Part shown: piece by piece, positions 44,462-54,328 of the stretch | Layout: each line of letters opens with the position of its first letter | Position numbering within the stretch: position 1 is the first letter of the stretch | Source: Candidatus Staskawiczbacteria bacterium | GTDB lineage: Bacteria; Patescibacteriota; Minisyncoccia; Minisyncoccales; Staskawiczbacteraceae | Direction of reading: 5' to 3' | Assembly: GCA_903831095.1 (NCBI GenBank) | Contig: CAIKWD010000011.1 | Location: 5,706 to 69,705 of the forward strand | Length of the DNA: 64,000 bases | Program-made: the position numbers and the translations under genes | The notes under the pieces: generated by a model | The model's database searches: none | What the model was told of the DNA's origin: nothing | The model's input: only the letters and a program-made list of their open reading frames with translations

Positions 44462-47400
44462 ATGTCAAAGTTTACTCATTTACACGTTCACACACATTAT
44501 TCGCTATTAGACGGTTTGCCAAAAATCGACGAGCTTTTAGACCATGCAAAAGAATTGGGCATGGATTCAGTTGCCATAACGGACCACGGCGTAATGTATG
44601 GCGCAATTGAGTTTTACAAAAAAGCCAAAGCCAAAGGAATAAAGCCAATAATTGGATGCGAAGTTTATACTGCTTTTGAAAAGCTTACAGACAAGCGTCC
44701 AAATGTAGACGCCAAAAGAAACCACTTAATTTTGCTTGCAAAAAATGAACAAGGATACAAAAACCTTACAAAGCTGGTAACAATTGCCCATTTAGAAGGA
44801 TTTTATTACAAGCCAAGAATTGATGAAGAAATTTTAGAAAAATATGCTGAAGGCTTAATTGGATTATCTGCCTGCGTACAGGGAAAGATACCACGTCTTT
44901 TAATATCAAATCAATTAGAGGAAGCAGAAAAAACTGCCTTAAAATATGAAAAGTTTTTCGGTAAAGGAAATTTTTATTTAGAACTCCAACACCACCCAAA
45001 TATTCCAGACCAAATAACTGCCAATAAAAAACTCATTGAACTTTCCAAAAAAACCGGCATTCCTTTGGTTGCTACAAATGACATTCACTATTTGAGAAAA
45101 GAAGATTCTGAAGCCCAGGATGTTTTGACTTTAATTAATACCGGAGCTGATGCAGACGACCCAGAAAGACTAAACATGACTCATGAAAACTTTGCCATGT
45201 TGACTCAGGAAGAAATGATTGAACATTTCAAGGATGTTCCCGAGGCAATTGAAAACACCCAGAAAATTGCCGACATGTGCAATATAAAAATTGAGCTTGG
45301 CAAAACAAAGCTCCCAAAATTTCCTTTGCCAGAAGGAAAAACTGCAGAAGAATATTTGGAGGAAATCTGCTGGGATGGAATAGAAAAAAGATATACCAAA
45401 AATGATCCTAAGGTTGTAGAGAGATTAAAATACGAGCTTTCTGTTGTTGAAAAAACCGGATTTGCAGGATACTTTTTAATTGTTTGGGAATTTGTGAAAT
45501 GGGCCAAAGACAACAGAATAATTGTGGGCCCTGGCAGAGGATCTGTTGGAGGATCCATTATCGCCTACTTGTCTGGAATTACCAACGTTGACCCTTTAAA
45601 GCACAATTTGCTTTTTGAGAGATTTTTAAACCCTGAAAGAATTTCCATGCCCGATATTGATATGGACTTTGCCGATAGAAGGCGCGACGAAGTTATTAAA
45701 CACGTAGCTGAAAAATACGGAGCTGACCATGTAGCTCAAATTATTACTTTTGGAACAATGGCAGCTAGGGCTGTTGTAAGAGATGTGGGCAGAGCCTTGA
45801 AATACACTTATTCTTATTGCGACGCTTTAGCAAAAATGATTCCAATGGGAATGGATTTGGCTGAAACTTTGGAAAAAGTAGACGAATTCAAAAACTTGTA
45901 TGATGCTGACCCAATGGCCAAACGCCTAATAGACTTAGGTAAAAAATTAGAAGGAGTTGCCAGACATGCTTCAACACATGCTTGTGGTGTTGTGATTTCA
46001 GCTGACCCTCTTACAGACTCTGTGCCTTTACAAATGCCAACCAAATCTGAGGAAGGGGTAATAACTCAATATGAAGGCCACAGTATTGAAGACCTGGGGC
46101 TTTTAAAAATGGATTTCTTGGGCCTAAAAAACCTCACTATAATAGAAGACACTTTAGCTAGAATTTATGTTTTGCACGACAATTTGAAAATTGACTTAAA
46201 CAAAATCCCATATGACGACGAAATAACATTTGAACTTTTGCAACAAGCTTTAACAACTTCCGTATTTCAGCTTGAATCTGATGGAATGAAAAGATATTTG
46301 AAAGAATTGGTGCCTTCGCAATTTGAAGACATTACAGCTATGGTGGCTTTATACCGCCCAGGTCCTATGCAGTTTATCCCAGATTATATTGAAAGAAAGC
46401 ACGGCAACCAGACAATTGAATATATTCACCCGAAGCTTGAGCCAATTTTAAAAGACACATACGGAATTTGTATTTACCAGGAACAATTAATGAAAATTGC
46501 CCAGGAAGTTTGCGGGTTTACTTTGGGAGAGGCCGATGTATTGAGAAAAGCTGTTGGAAAAAAAATAAAAGAGCTTTTGGATGCTCAGGAAACAAAATTT
46601 ATTAATGGAGCAATTGAAAACGGAGCTTCAAAAAAAGTGGCCAAGGAATTATGGCAGTGGATTTTGCCTTTTGCAGCTTACGGTTTTAACAAGTCACACT
46701 CTGCAGCTTATGCCACAATTGCCTACCAAACTGCATATTTAAAGGCTCACTACCCAGTTGAATTTATGGCTTCGGTTTTAACTTCAGAAAGAGCTGACGT
46801 TGAAAGAATTTCCTTTTTAATAGACGAATGTAAAAAAATGGATGTGAAAGTTTTAGCTCCAAATATAAATGAATCTTTAAAAAACTTTACAGTTGTTGTG
46901 GGAAAAAATGAAATTAGATTTGGATTGCTGGCAATTAAAAATGTTGGAATAAATATAATTGATGCAGTTGTAGAAGAAAGAAAAACAAATGGTCCGTTTA
47001 AATCAATTGGCGATTTCATACATCGAGTAAAATCAAAAGATTTGAATAAAAAATCAATGGATGCCTTAATCAAGGCCGGAGCTTTTGATCAATTTGCCGA
47101 ACGAAACCAGCTTTTGCATAATTTGGAAAAAATGCTTGAAATTGCCAGAGAAAACAATAAAAATGCCAACACAAACCAAATGGGGCTTTTTGCCAGTACA
47201 AAAGCAATTAACAACGACATAAAGCTAGAACCCGCAACTCCTGCAACAGACTTTATAAAACTTGGCTGGGAAAAAGAACTTTTGGGCCTTTATGTAAGTT
47301 CTCACCCTCTAAAAGGTTTTAAAAAGCTTTTTGAATCTAGAACAACTCCAATTGCAAAAATTGATGTAACATATGTCGACCAAAAAGTGATTATTGGAGG

Positions 47401-47641
47401 ATTAATTGCCAACGTTAAAAAAATTATTACTAAAAAAGGCCAGCCAATGCTTTTTATAAAAGTTGAAGATTTGTCAGGAAAAGCCGAGGTTGTTATATTC
47501 CCAAACCTTTTGGAAAGAAATCCCTCAGCTTTGCAGGAAAACAAAATTGTCTTTATAGCTGGCCGAGTAGACGACCGCAATGGAGAAATTAAAATTGTAG
47601 CTGACGACGTCCAGGAAATCCTTGTCCCAAAGGAAGCCTAA
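44462..47641 (+). CDS. dnaE: DNA polymerase III alpha subunit
   Basis: PHP domain FTHLHVHTHYSLLDG, 1059 aa, with polymerase core and OB-fold tail patterns. Confidence 0.95.
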   Translation: MSKFTHLHVHTHYSLLDGLPKIDELLDHAKELGMDSVAITDHGVMYGAIEFYKKAKAKGIKPIIGCEVYTAFEKLTDKRPNVDAKRNHLILLAKNEQGYKNLTKLVTIAHLEGFYYKPRIDEEILEKYAEGLIGLSACVQGKIPRLLISNQLEEAEKTALKYEKFFGKGNFYLELQHHPNIPDQITANKKLIELSKKTGIPLVATNDIHYLRKEDSEAQDVLTLINTGADADDPERLNMTHENFAMLTQEEMIEHFKDVPEAIENTQKIADMCNIKIELGKTKLPKFPLPEGKTAEEYLEEICWDGIEKRYTKNDPKVVERLKYELSVVEKTGFAGYFLIVWEFVKWAKDNRIIVGPGRGSVGGSIIAYLSGITNVDPLKHNLLFERFLNPERISMPDIDMDFADRRRDEVIKHVAEKYGADHVAQIITFGTMAARAVVRDVGRALKYTYSYCDALAKMIPMGMDLAETLEKVDEFKNLYDADPMAKRLIDLGKKLEGVARHASTHACGVVISADPLTDSVPLQMPTKSEEGVITQYEGHSIEDLGLLKMDFLGLKNLTIIEDTLARIYVLHDNLKIDLNKIPYDDEITFELLQQALTTSVFQLESDGMKRYLKELVPSQFEDITAMVALYRPGPMQFIPDYIERKHGNQTIEYIHPKLEPILKDTYGICIYQEQLMKIAQEVCGFTLGEADVLRKAVGKKIKELLDAQETKFINGAIENGASKKVAKELWQWILPFAAYGFNKSHSAAYATIAYQTAYLKAHYPVEFMASVLTSERADVERISFLIDECKKMDVKVLAPNINESLKNFTVVVGKNEIRFGLLAIKNVGINIIDAVVEERKTNGPFKSIGDFIHRVKSKDLNKKSMDALIKAGAFDQFAERNQLLHNLEKMLEIARENNKNANTNQMGLFASTKAINNDIKLEPATPATDFIKLGWEKELLGLYVSSHPLKGFKKLFESRTTPIAKIDVTYVDQKVIIGGLIANVKKIITKKGQPMLFIKVEDLSGKAEVVIFPNLLERNPSALQENKIVFIAGRVDDRNGEIKIVADDVQEILVPKEA

Positions 47642-47705
47642 AAACACTACCAAACTACCTCTAAAAGTGCTAATATTATCAAATATATAAAATTTAACTC
47701 AAATT

Positions 47706-49436
47706 ATGGAAACTAACATCGAAAAAATACGACATTCACTATCGCATATTATGGCTTCGGCTGTTTTGGAACTTTTTCCAAAAACAAAACTTGGAATTGG
47801 GCCTGCAATTGAAAATGGATTTTACTATGACCTTCAAATTCAGAAACCCCTTGAAGAAAAAGATTTGGCAGAAATTGAGAAAAAAATGAAGGAATTGATT
47901 GGGCAAAATCTTAAGTTTGAGAAAAAGAACATAAACAAAAGACAAGCTAAAAAACTTTTTGCCATACAACCTTATAAATTAGAACTTATTAAAGAATTAC
48001 CAGGAGACACTGTTTCCATATATACTACTGGAGAGTTTGTTGATTTGTGTAAAGGGCCTCATATAAAATCTACAAAAGATATTACTCCAAATACTTTTAA
48101 ACTTACAAAACTTGCCGGAGCATATTGGAAAGGAGACGAAAAAAATAAAATGCTAACACGTATTTACGGGTTAGCTTTTGAAAGCGAAAAACAACTTCTA
48201 GACCATTTAGCAATGTTAGTTGAGGCTGAGAAAAGAGACCACCGAAAACTGGGAAAAGAATTAAAGCTGTTTACCTTGTCTGAACTTATTGGCGCTGGAC
48301 TTCCTATGCTGCAACCGAAAGGAATGGTTATAAGAAAAGAAATTGAAGACTATTTGTGGAGTTTGCATAAAAATAAAGGATATGACAGAGTTTGGACTCC
48401 CCACATTACCAAAAAGGCGCTATATGAAACTTCCGGACATGCTGCAAAATTTGGCGAAGAACTCTTTAGAGTAAAGGGCGGAAATGAAGAGTTTTTTATG
48501 AAACCAATGAATTGCCCCCATCACATGCAGATATTCTGTGACAACCAATTCTCATACAGAGATATGCCTGTTAGATATTTTGAACCAGCAACCGTTTACA
48601 GATATGAAAAAGCAGGACAATTATCCGGCTTAACAAGAGTGAGGGCAATAACTCAAGACGATGGACACTTATTTTGCAGGGTAGACCAAATATCCCAAGA
48701 AGTCAGCACCATAGTTGAAATTATCAAATCCTTCTACACAACTATGAACATGATGAATGGGTATTGGGTTAGATTATCTGTGCGTGGAAAAGATAAGAGT
48801 CTATACTTAGGCAAAGATGACGTTTGGAAAAAAGCAGAAGCCGCTCTAGAAAAAGCAGCTAAAGAAAACAACTTAAATTATAAAAGAATAGAAGGAGAGG
48901 CCGCATTCTATGGGCCAAAACTAGACTTTATGTTTAAGGACGCAATAGGAAGAGAATGGCAGTTAGCCACAATACAATGTGACTTTAATTTACCGGAAAG
49001 ATTTGATCTTTCTTTTGTAAACGAAGCTGGCGAAAAAGAAAGGCCAGTTGTTATACATCGCGCTATTTCAGGGTCGCTTGAAAGGTTCATGGCTGTTATG
49101 ATTGAGCACTATGCAGGAGCTTTTCCAGTGTGGCTATCACCTATTCAGGTTTCCATAATCCCTATTTCAGAAAAACATTTAGACTACGCCAAAAAAGTTG
49201 CTGATAACCTAAAAAATAACGACGTGCGTGTTGAAATTAGAAGTGAAAATGAAACTTTGGGCAAGAAAATCAGAACAGCTGAAATACAGAAAATCCCATA
49301 TCTACTTATAATTGGCGACCGAGAAATTGAAGCCAAAGCAGTAGGAGTAAGACAAAGAGGCAAGGGAGACCTTGGACAGATGCAATCTGACGCATTTACT
49401 GCTAAAATAAAGGAAGAGATTATTAATAAGAAATAA
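47706..49436 (+). CDS. thrS: Threonine-tRNA ligase (lacks N-terminal TGS domain)
   Basis: Starts at IRHSLSHIMASAV (the editing-domain HxxxH region). Has class II motifs and HRAISGSLERFMAVMIEHYAGAFPVWLSP. 576 aa. Confidence 0.9.
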   Translation: METNIEKIRHSLSHIMASAVLELFPKTKLGIGPAIENGFYYDLQIQKPLEEKDLAEIEKKMKELIGQNLKFEKKNINKRQAKKLFAIQPYKLELIKELPGDTVSIYTTGEFVDLCKGPHIKSTKDITPNTFKLTKLAGAYWKGDEKNKMLTRIYGLAFESEKQLLDHLAMLVEAEKRDHRKLGKELKLFTLSELIGAGLPMLQPKGMVIRKEIEDYLWSLHKNKGYDRVWTPHITKKALYETSGHAAKFGEELFRVKGGNEEFFMKPMNCPHHMQIFCDNQFSYRDMPVRYFEPATVYRYEKAGQLSGLTRVRAITQDDGHLFCRVDQISQEVSTIVEIIKSFYTTMNMMNGYWVRLSVRGKDKSLYLGKDDVWKKAEAALEKAAKENNLNYKRIEGEAAFYGPKLDFMFKDAIGREWQLATIQCDFNLPERFDLSFVNEAGEKERPVVIHRAISGSLERFMAVMIEHYAGAFPVWLSPIQVSIIPISEKHLDYAKKVADNLKNNDVRVEIRSENETLGKKIRTAEIQKIPYLLIIGDREIEAKAVGVRQRGKGDLGQMQSDAFTAKIKEEIINKK

Positions 49437-49441
49437 ATCAT

Positions 49442-51064
49442 ATGCAAGAACTTTCTGAATCAACAAAAAAATTAATAATGCAGTACAAGCTGGCTCAGCA
49501 ACAAAATCTCCCAAAGTCTGGGGCTGTTACCATTCACGTTGATGAAGTGGCCAAAAAAGTTGCAGCTTTTTACGAGCAAATAAGGACAATAGTTGACTGG
49601 AAAGAAGAGCACTTAATGCGCAGAGCGGCAATTATCAGAAAACTTAAAAGAAAGTTTTTTGACTTGGGGTTAAGTAATTATTCTGAAACTGGAAACGCAG
49701 CTGAATCTTTAGTTTTAGAGTTGATAAGAGGAGGACATTTTCCAAATGACAAAATTGAGGAAACAAAAATTGGAGAAGTGCAAAGAATTATAAACAAATA
49801 CGTTTATATACTCAAAAATAATCCTGAAAACAAAGCCGGAAAAGCTGGAATGAATTTCTCCGCTTGGTTATTGGACGTTGCAGCCTGTGAAGTGGAAGAA
49901 ACCTTGTCACCTGCAATAAAAGAAATGGCTTTAATTGACTACATGTTTGGGTCAATGAAGGAAAAAATAAAAGTTTCAGACAAAATTTTTGAATCTGGAC
50001 TTTTAAAGCGCGAAGACAAAGATATACAAATTTACATTGCAATATGTTTGGCGCTTTTTAAACTGGATAAACCAATAATCAGCTACAACTTAATCAAATA
50101 CAAATACCCAGGATGGAAAAATGGCGACGAAAGACTGATATCTGTCATATCAGACAACGCCTATAAAATATGGCACGAAATTGAAACAGACTTAAATAGC
50201 CCACTGGCAAATAAATTCTATTATCTTTGCGAAAAATACGATACTCCATATTTGATTATAGGAGATATTTTGTCTACTGAAGATGAAGGCCAAGTCGCCA
50301 AAGAAATTGCAGAACCATCTGCCTTGGAAACCCTTATAAAAAATGTTTATACAAAAAGATCAGCGACACTAAAAACAAGAATTCATCGAGCTGCAATTTA
50401 TTCCACTGTTTCCATATTCGTCACAAAAGTTTTATCCTTACTTCTTCTTGAGGTTTTAATAGAAAGAGCAATGGGTTCGGAAATAAACACCGGAATACTT
50501 ATTGCTGACATATTAATCCCAACTTTCTTAATGTTTATGATAGTAATAAGTATAAGGCGTCCTTCAAAGAAAAATTTGAATTTAGTGACAATGGAAACAA
50601 TGAAAATAGCCTACAAAAAAGATTCAGCAGATACTTATGAAATAAAAATGAGCAAGAAAAAAGGAGCTTCTGTTAAAATATTCCTTTCCCTTATTTATAC
50701 AATATCAGCTTTTATAACTTTTGGAGCCATATATTACGTATTAAATTACTTCAAATTTCCTATTACCTCAATTTTTATAGACGTCATATTTATTGCTGTA
50801 ATCCTTTTTGCTGGAACAGCTGTTTCAAAGCGCGCTCAAGAACTTACCATGGAAGACGAGAAAGAAGGATTTTTAAGCTTCTTAGCTGACATATTCTTCT
50901 TACCAGTCCAAGGACTTGGAAGATGGATTTCCAACAAATGGAAAAGATACAATGCCCTTGCTGCCTTGTTTAATGCCTTAATAGATATGCCATTTTCAGT
51001 ATTTGTGGAATTCCTAGAAAAATGGAGATATTTCATCAAAGATAAAAAAGAAGAGATAAGATAA
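49442..51064 (+). CDS. Hypothetical membrane protein
   Basis: 540 aa. Soluble N-terminal half, C-terminal half with several TM helices. No family recognised. Confidence 0.6.
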   Translation: MQELSESTKKLIMQYKLAQQQNLPKSGAVTIHVDEVAKKVAAFYEQIRTIVDWKEEHLMRRAAIIRKLKRKFFDLGLSNYSETGNAAESLVLELIRGGHFPNDKIEETKIGEVQRIINKYVYILKNNPENKAGKAGMNFSAWLLDVAACEVEETLSPAIKEMALIDYMFGSMKEKIKVSDKIFESGLLKREDKDIQIYIAICLALFKLDKPIISYNLIKYKYPGWKNGDERLISVISDNAYKIWHEIETDLNSPLANKFYYLCEKYDTPYLIIGDILSTEDEGQVAKEIAEPSALETLIKNVYTKRSATLKTRIHRAAIYSTVSIFVTKVLSLLLLEVLIERAMGSEINTGILIADILIPTFLMFMIVISIRRPSKKNLNLVTMETMKIAYKKDSADTYEIKMSKKKGASVKIFLSLIYTISAFITFGAIYYVLNYFKFPITSIFIDVIFIAVILFAGTAVSKRAQELTMEDEKEGFLSFLADIFFLPVQGLGRWISNKWKRYNALAALFNALIDMPFSVFVEFLEKWRYFIKDKKEEIR

Positions 51065-51070
51065 ATAAAA

Positions 51071-51093
51071 AAACCGCCTTTGGGCGGTTTTTA
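51071..51093. terminator. Bidirectional terminator between convergent genes
   Basis: AAACCGCC-TTTG-GGCGGTTTTT, flanked by an A-run and a T-run. Lies between the 49442-51064 gene (+) and glmS (-). Confidence 0.7.
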
Positions 51094-51103
51094 ATTACAA
51101 TTG

Positions 51104-52933
51104 TTATTCTACGGTGACGGACTTGGCAAGATTTTTTGGTTTATCTACATCTATGCCTTTTAAATTAGCAATGTGATACGCCAAAAGTTGCAAAGGAACA
51201 GTATTTATTATTGGCATTAATTCCTCTCGGCATTTTGGAACCATTATTATGTTTTCAGTTAAATTGGAAACACTGTTGTCAGTTTCACTTAGTAGAGCAA
51301 TAACCTGCCCACCTCTGGCATGCACTTCCTCCATATTGCTTAAAATTTTACTATACGTGCTGTCTTTTGTGGCAATAAACACCACAGGCATCTCACTGTC
51401 TACCAAGGCAATCGGACCGTGTTTCATTTCAGCTGCCGGATATCCCTCGGCATGTATGTATGAAATTTCCTTCAATTTTAAAGCTCCTTCCAAAGCAACT
51501 GGGAAATTTAATCCTCGGCCAAGATAAATAAAATTTTTACTATCTTCAAATTTTTCTGCAAGTAAAAGTATCTTATCTGATTGTTTTAATGTTTCTTCAA
51601 CTTTTTGTGGTAAATCTCTTATATCGTCAAAGAATTCTTTTGAAATAACTTTTCCTTTTTGCTGAGCCAAATACAAAGCCAATAGTAATAGAGCTGTAAC
51701 CTGGCATGAAAAAGCTTTTGTTGAAGCAACTCCAATTTCAGGACCCGCATGCAAATATATTCCAGAATCAACTTCCCTGGAAATGGTCGAACCAACTACG
51801 TTTATTATACCCAAAGTCTTAGCTCCCTTGGCCTTAGCTTCGCGCAAAGCAGCCAAAGCGTCAGCTGTTTCTCCAGACTGGGAAATCACCAAAAGTAAGT
51901 CGCCTGTTCCTATAATTGGATTTCTGTATCTGAATTCAGAAGCATAATCAACATCAACTGAAAATCCAGCCAGCTTTTCTATGAGATATTTCCCAATCAA
52001 AGCTGAATGCCAACTTGTACCACAAGCAACAATGACTATTCTTTTTATAAGGTTAAAATCAATGTCTATGCTCAACTTAATTTTATTCTCAGAGTCTATT
52101 CTTCCGCGTAAAGTGTTTTCGATAGCATTTGGCTGTTCAAAAATTTCCTTGAGCATGAAATGTTTAAATCCTTTTTTCTCAATTTCTGTTGCAGTCCATT
52201 TTATTTCGTCTATGACCTTTTCCACTGCCTGCCCTTCGAAATTTTTTATAGAATAATTACCCTCAGTCAGCACAATCATTTCGTTATCATTGATATAAAC
52301 AACTTTTTTGGTAAATGGCAAAACTGCTACGGCGTCGGAAGCAACAATATTTTCCTCTTCGCCAACGCCCAAAACAATTGGCGAGCCTTTTCTGGCAACT
52401 ACAATCTTGTTTTCTTTGCTACACAACACAGCTATGCCAAATGTTCCTTCAACCAATTTCAAAGCTTTAACAACTGCATTTTCCAGATTGCCATCGTAAA
52501 ATTTTTCTATTAAATGGCTCAATACTTCTGAATCTGTTTTAGAAACAAATATATGGCCTTCACGCTCTAAAATTTCTTTCAAAGCACTATAATTTTCAAT
52601 AATTCCATTATGCACCACTGCTATTTCTGGTTTATCCCGCGTAGCGGGATCCCGCCCTGCGGGACACCCAAAATGCGGATGAGCATTAACCTCATTCGGC
52701 TCTCCGTGAGTTGCCCATCTGGTATGAGCTATCCCGATATTGGCCGGATTCAAACCTAGAGCAAGCTTTTCCAGCTCAGAAACGCGCCCCTTAACCTTTG
52801 CCGACTGTAATTTCCCATTGTTAAGTAAACAAACTCCAGCAGAGTCGTATCCTCTGTATTCGAGCTTTTTTAAGCCATCTATAAGTATTGGCGCTACATT
52901 TTTCTTACCAAAATAAGCAATTATTCCACACAT
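51104..52933 (-). CDS. glmS: Glutamine-fructose-6-phosphate aminotransferase
   Basis: MCGIIAY N-terminal nucleophile, two SIS domains, C-terminal ..LAKSVTVE. Confidence 0.95.
   Translation of the reverse strand: MCGIIAYFGKKNVAPILIDGLKKLEYRGYDSAGVCLLNNGKLQSAKVKGRVSELEKLALGLNPANIGIAHTRWATHGEPNEVNAHPHFGCPAGRDPATRDKPEIAVVHNGIIENYSALKEILEREGHIFVSKTDSEVLSHLIEKFYDGNLENAVVKALKLVEGTFGIAVLCSKENKIVVARKGSPIVLGVGEEENIVASDAVAVLPFTKKVVYINDNEMIVLTEGNYSIKNFEGQAVEKVIDEIKWTATEIEKKGFKHFMLKEIFEQPNAIENTLRGRIDSENKIKLSIDIDFNLIKRIVIVACGTSWHSALIGKYLIEKLAGFSVDVDYASEFRYRNPIIGTGDLLLVISQSGETADALAALREAKAKGAKTLGIINVVGSTISREVDSGIYLHAGPEIGVASTKAFSCQVTALLLLALYLAQQKGKVISKEFFDDIRDLPQKVEETLKQSDKILLLAEKFEDSKNFIYLGRGLNFPVALEGALKLKEISYIHAEGYPAAEMKHGPIALVDSEMPVVFIATKDSTYSKILSNMEEVHARGGQVIALLSETDNSVSNLTENIIMVPKCREELMPIINTVPLQLLAYHIANLKGIDVDKPKNLAKSVTVE
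52635..52664. repeat. Two tandem 15-nt GC hairpins inside glmS (in-frame 10-codon block)
   Basis: Plus strand: TCCCGC-GTA-GCGGGA then TCCCGC-CCT-GCGGGA. They encode CPAGRDPATRD between the conserved HPH and VVHNG motifs. Confidence 0.7.
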
Positions 52934-53011
52934 AATAATATAAGTTTAAACCTATATAAGCAAAAGTACAACTCCTTTCCAAAACATGAAAATTGTTGTA
53001 TTATTATCTCC

Positions 53012-54328
53012 ATGCAATACCACATTATAGTGTACGGTTGCCAAATGAACATAAGCGATGCGGAACGTGTTTCTGCTGTTTTAGAATGTATAAAATACAA
53101 AAAAACCTCAAATATGTCTGAAGCTGATTTAATTGTTGTAGTAATGTGCTCTGTGCGCCAATCAGCTGTTGACCGAGTTCACAGCTTGGCAGAAAAATTC
53201 CAAGAAATTAAGAAAAAAAATCCAAAACTTAAAACTATTTTAACTGGATGCATTTTAAAAAAAGACAAGAGAATTTTTGTTAACAACTTTGATTATATTT
53301 TAAACATAAAAGACTTAAAGCGAGGCAATAAACTTTTTGCAGTCCCTGGTCCACTTGTCCCTCAGGACAAAGGGGGTTACCAGCAGACGGAAAAAAGCTT
53401 TTTGCCGAGCGATTATTTAAACATAACGCCAAAATATTCCTCCAAGTTTTCTGCTTGTGTGCCAATTATGACAGGATGCAATAATTTTTGTGCTTATTGC
53501 GTTGTACCTTATGCCAGGGAAAGAGAAGTTTCCAGATCTGCAAAAGAAATAATTTCAGAGATAAAAAATTTAATTAAAAAAGGATACAAAGAAATTTGGC
53601 TTTTGGGGCAAAATGTAAATAGTTATAAGGACCCTTCGACGAGCTCAGGGCAAGCCATAAATTTTCCAAAGCTTTTAAATATGGTAAACAACATTCCCGG
53701 AGAATTTTGGATAAGATTTACATCCTCTCACCCAAAGGATTTCACAGAAGAAGTTATAAATGCGATGTCTGCCTGCAAAAAAATTACCCCCTATTTGAAT
53801 TTGCCAATTCAAGCTGGTGACGACCAAGTTTTAAAATCAATGAACCGACATTATACAGTTAAAGAGTACAAAGCAAAAATAAAAAAATTAAGAGAAAAAA
53901 TTCCTGATATTAGCCTTTCTACAGATATTATTGTAGGATTCCCCGGCGAAACAAGAAAACAATTTAACAATACTGCCAAGCTTTTTTATGAAGTAAAATA
54001 TGATTTTGCCTACATTAATAAATACTCTAAAAGAGCTGGAACTGCGGCCTTCAAGCTTAAAGACGACGTTTCTACAGACGAAAAGAAAAGACGAGAAAAA
54101 GTTTTGACTAACATACTTAAAAAAACAGCCTTAGAAAAAAATAAAAAACTTATTGGAAAAGAAACTACAGTTTTAATAAATGAAAATCGTGACGAAGAAT
54201 ATTTCGGCAAAAATGAACAATATAAAACTATCAAAGTAAAATCAAAGAAAAATATTATAGGACAACTTGTTAAAGTAAAAATTAATCAAGTTTCACCATT
54301 CACCTTGACCGGAAAATTATATGAATAA
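53012..54328 (+). CDS. miaB: tRNA methylthiotransferase MiaB (radical SAM MTTase) carrying an in-frame repeat-element insertion
   Basis: N-terminal MTTase domain Cys contexts YGCQMN, MCSVR, TGCILKK. Radical-SAM GCNNFCAYC and a TRAM-like C-terminus. Overlaps miaA. The stretch KRGNKLFAVPGPLVPQDKGGYQQTEKSFLPSD is encoded by the repeat. Confidence 0.85.
   Translation: MQYHIIVYGCQMNISDAERVSAVLECIKYKKTSNMSEADLIVVVMCSVRQSAVDRVHSLAEKFQEIKKKNPKLKTILTGCILKKDKRIFVNNFDYILNIKDLKRGNKLFAVPGPLVPQDKGGYQQTEKSFLPSDYLNITPKYSSKFSACVPIMTGCNNFCAYCVVPYAREREVSRSAKEIISEIKNLIKKGYKEIWLLGQNVNSYKDPSTSSGQAINFPKLLNMVNNIPGEFWIRFTSSHPKDFTEEVINAMSACKKITPYLNLPIQAGDDQVLKSMNRHYTVKEYKAKIKKLREKIPDISLSTDIIVGFPGETRKQFNNTAKLFYEVKYDFAYINKYSKRAGTAAFKLKDDVSTDEKKRREKVLTNILKKTALEKNKKLIGKETTVLINENRDEEYFGKNEQYKTIKVKSKKNIIGQLVKVKINQVSPFTLTGKLYE
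53318..53412 (+). repeat. Copy C of the ~95-nt palindromic repeat element, inside miaB
   Basis: AAGCGAGGCAATAAACTTTTTGCAGTCCCTGGTCCACTTGTCCCTCAGGACAAAGGGGGTTACCAGCAGACGGAAAAAAGCTTTTTGCCGAGCGA. Flanked by TTA on both sides. Confidence 0.75.
53631..53659. repeat. 29-nt GC-rich motif inside miaB, shared with rnhB
   Basis: ACCCTTCGACGAGCTCAGGGCAAGCCATA, encoding DPSTSSGQAI. The same nucleotide motif in rnhB is read in another frame (TLRQAQGEQ). Confidence 0.5.

Noticed and set aside
47642-47705. A T-box leader upstream of thrS
   Set aside because: The 64-nt spacer is too short, and no T-box or specifier structure is visible.
52934-53011. A glmS ribozyme in the glmS 5' leader
   Set aside because: Only 78 nt separate the glmS ATG from the divergent miaB ATG. 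The region is AT-rich with no room or conserved core for the ribozyme.
53318-53412. The miaB insert as an intein or self-splicing intron
   Set aside because: At 95 nt it is far too short for an intein or a group I/II intron. It has no stop codons and preserves the frame, so read-through translation is the simplest reading. RNA-level removal cannot be excluded without transcript data.
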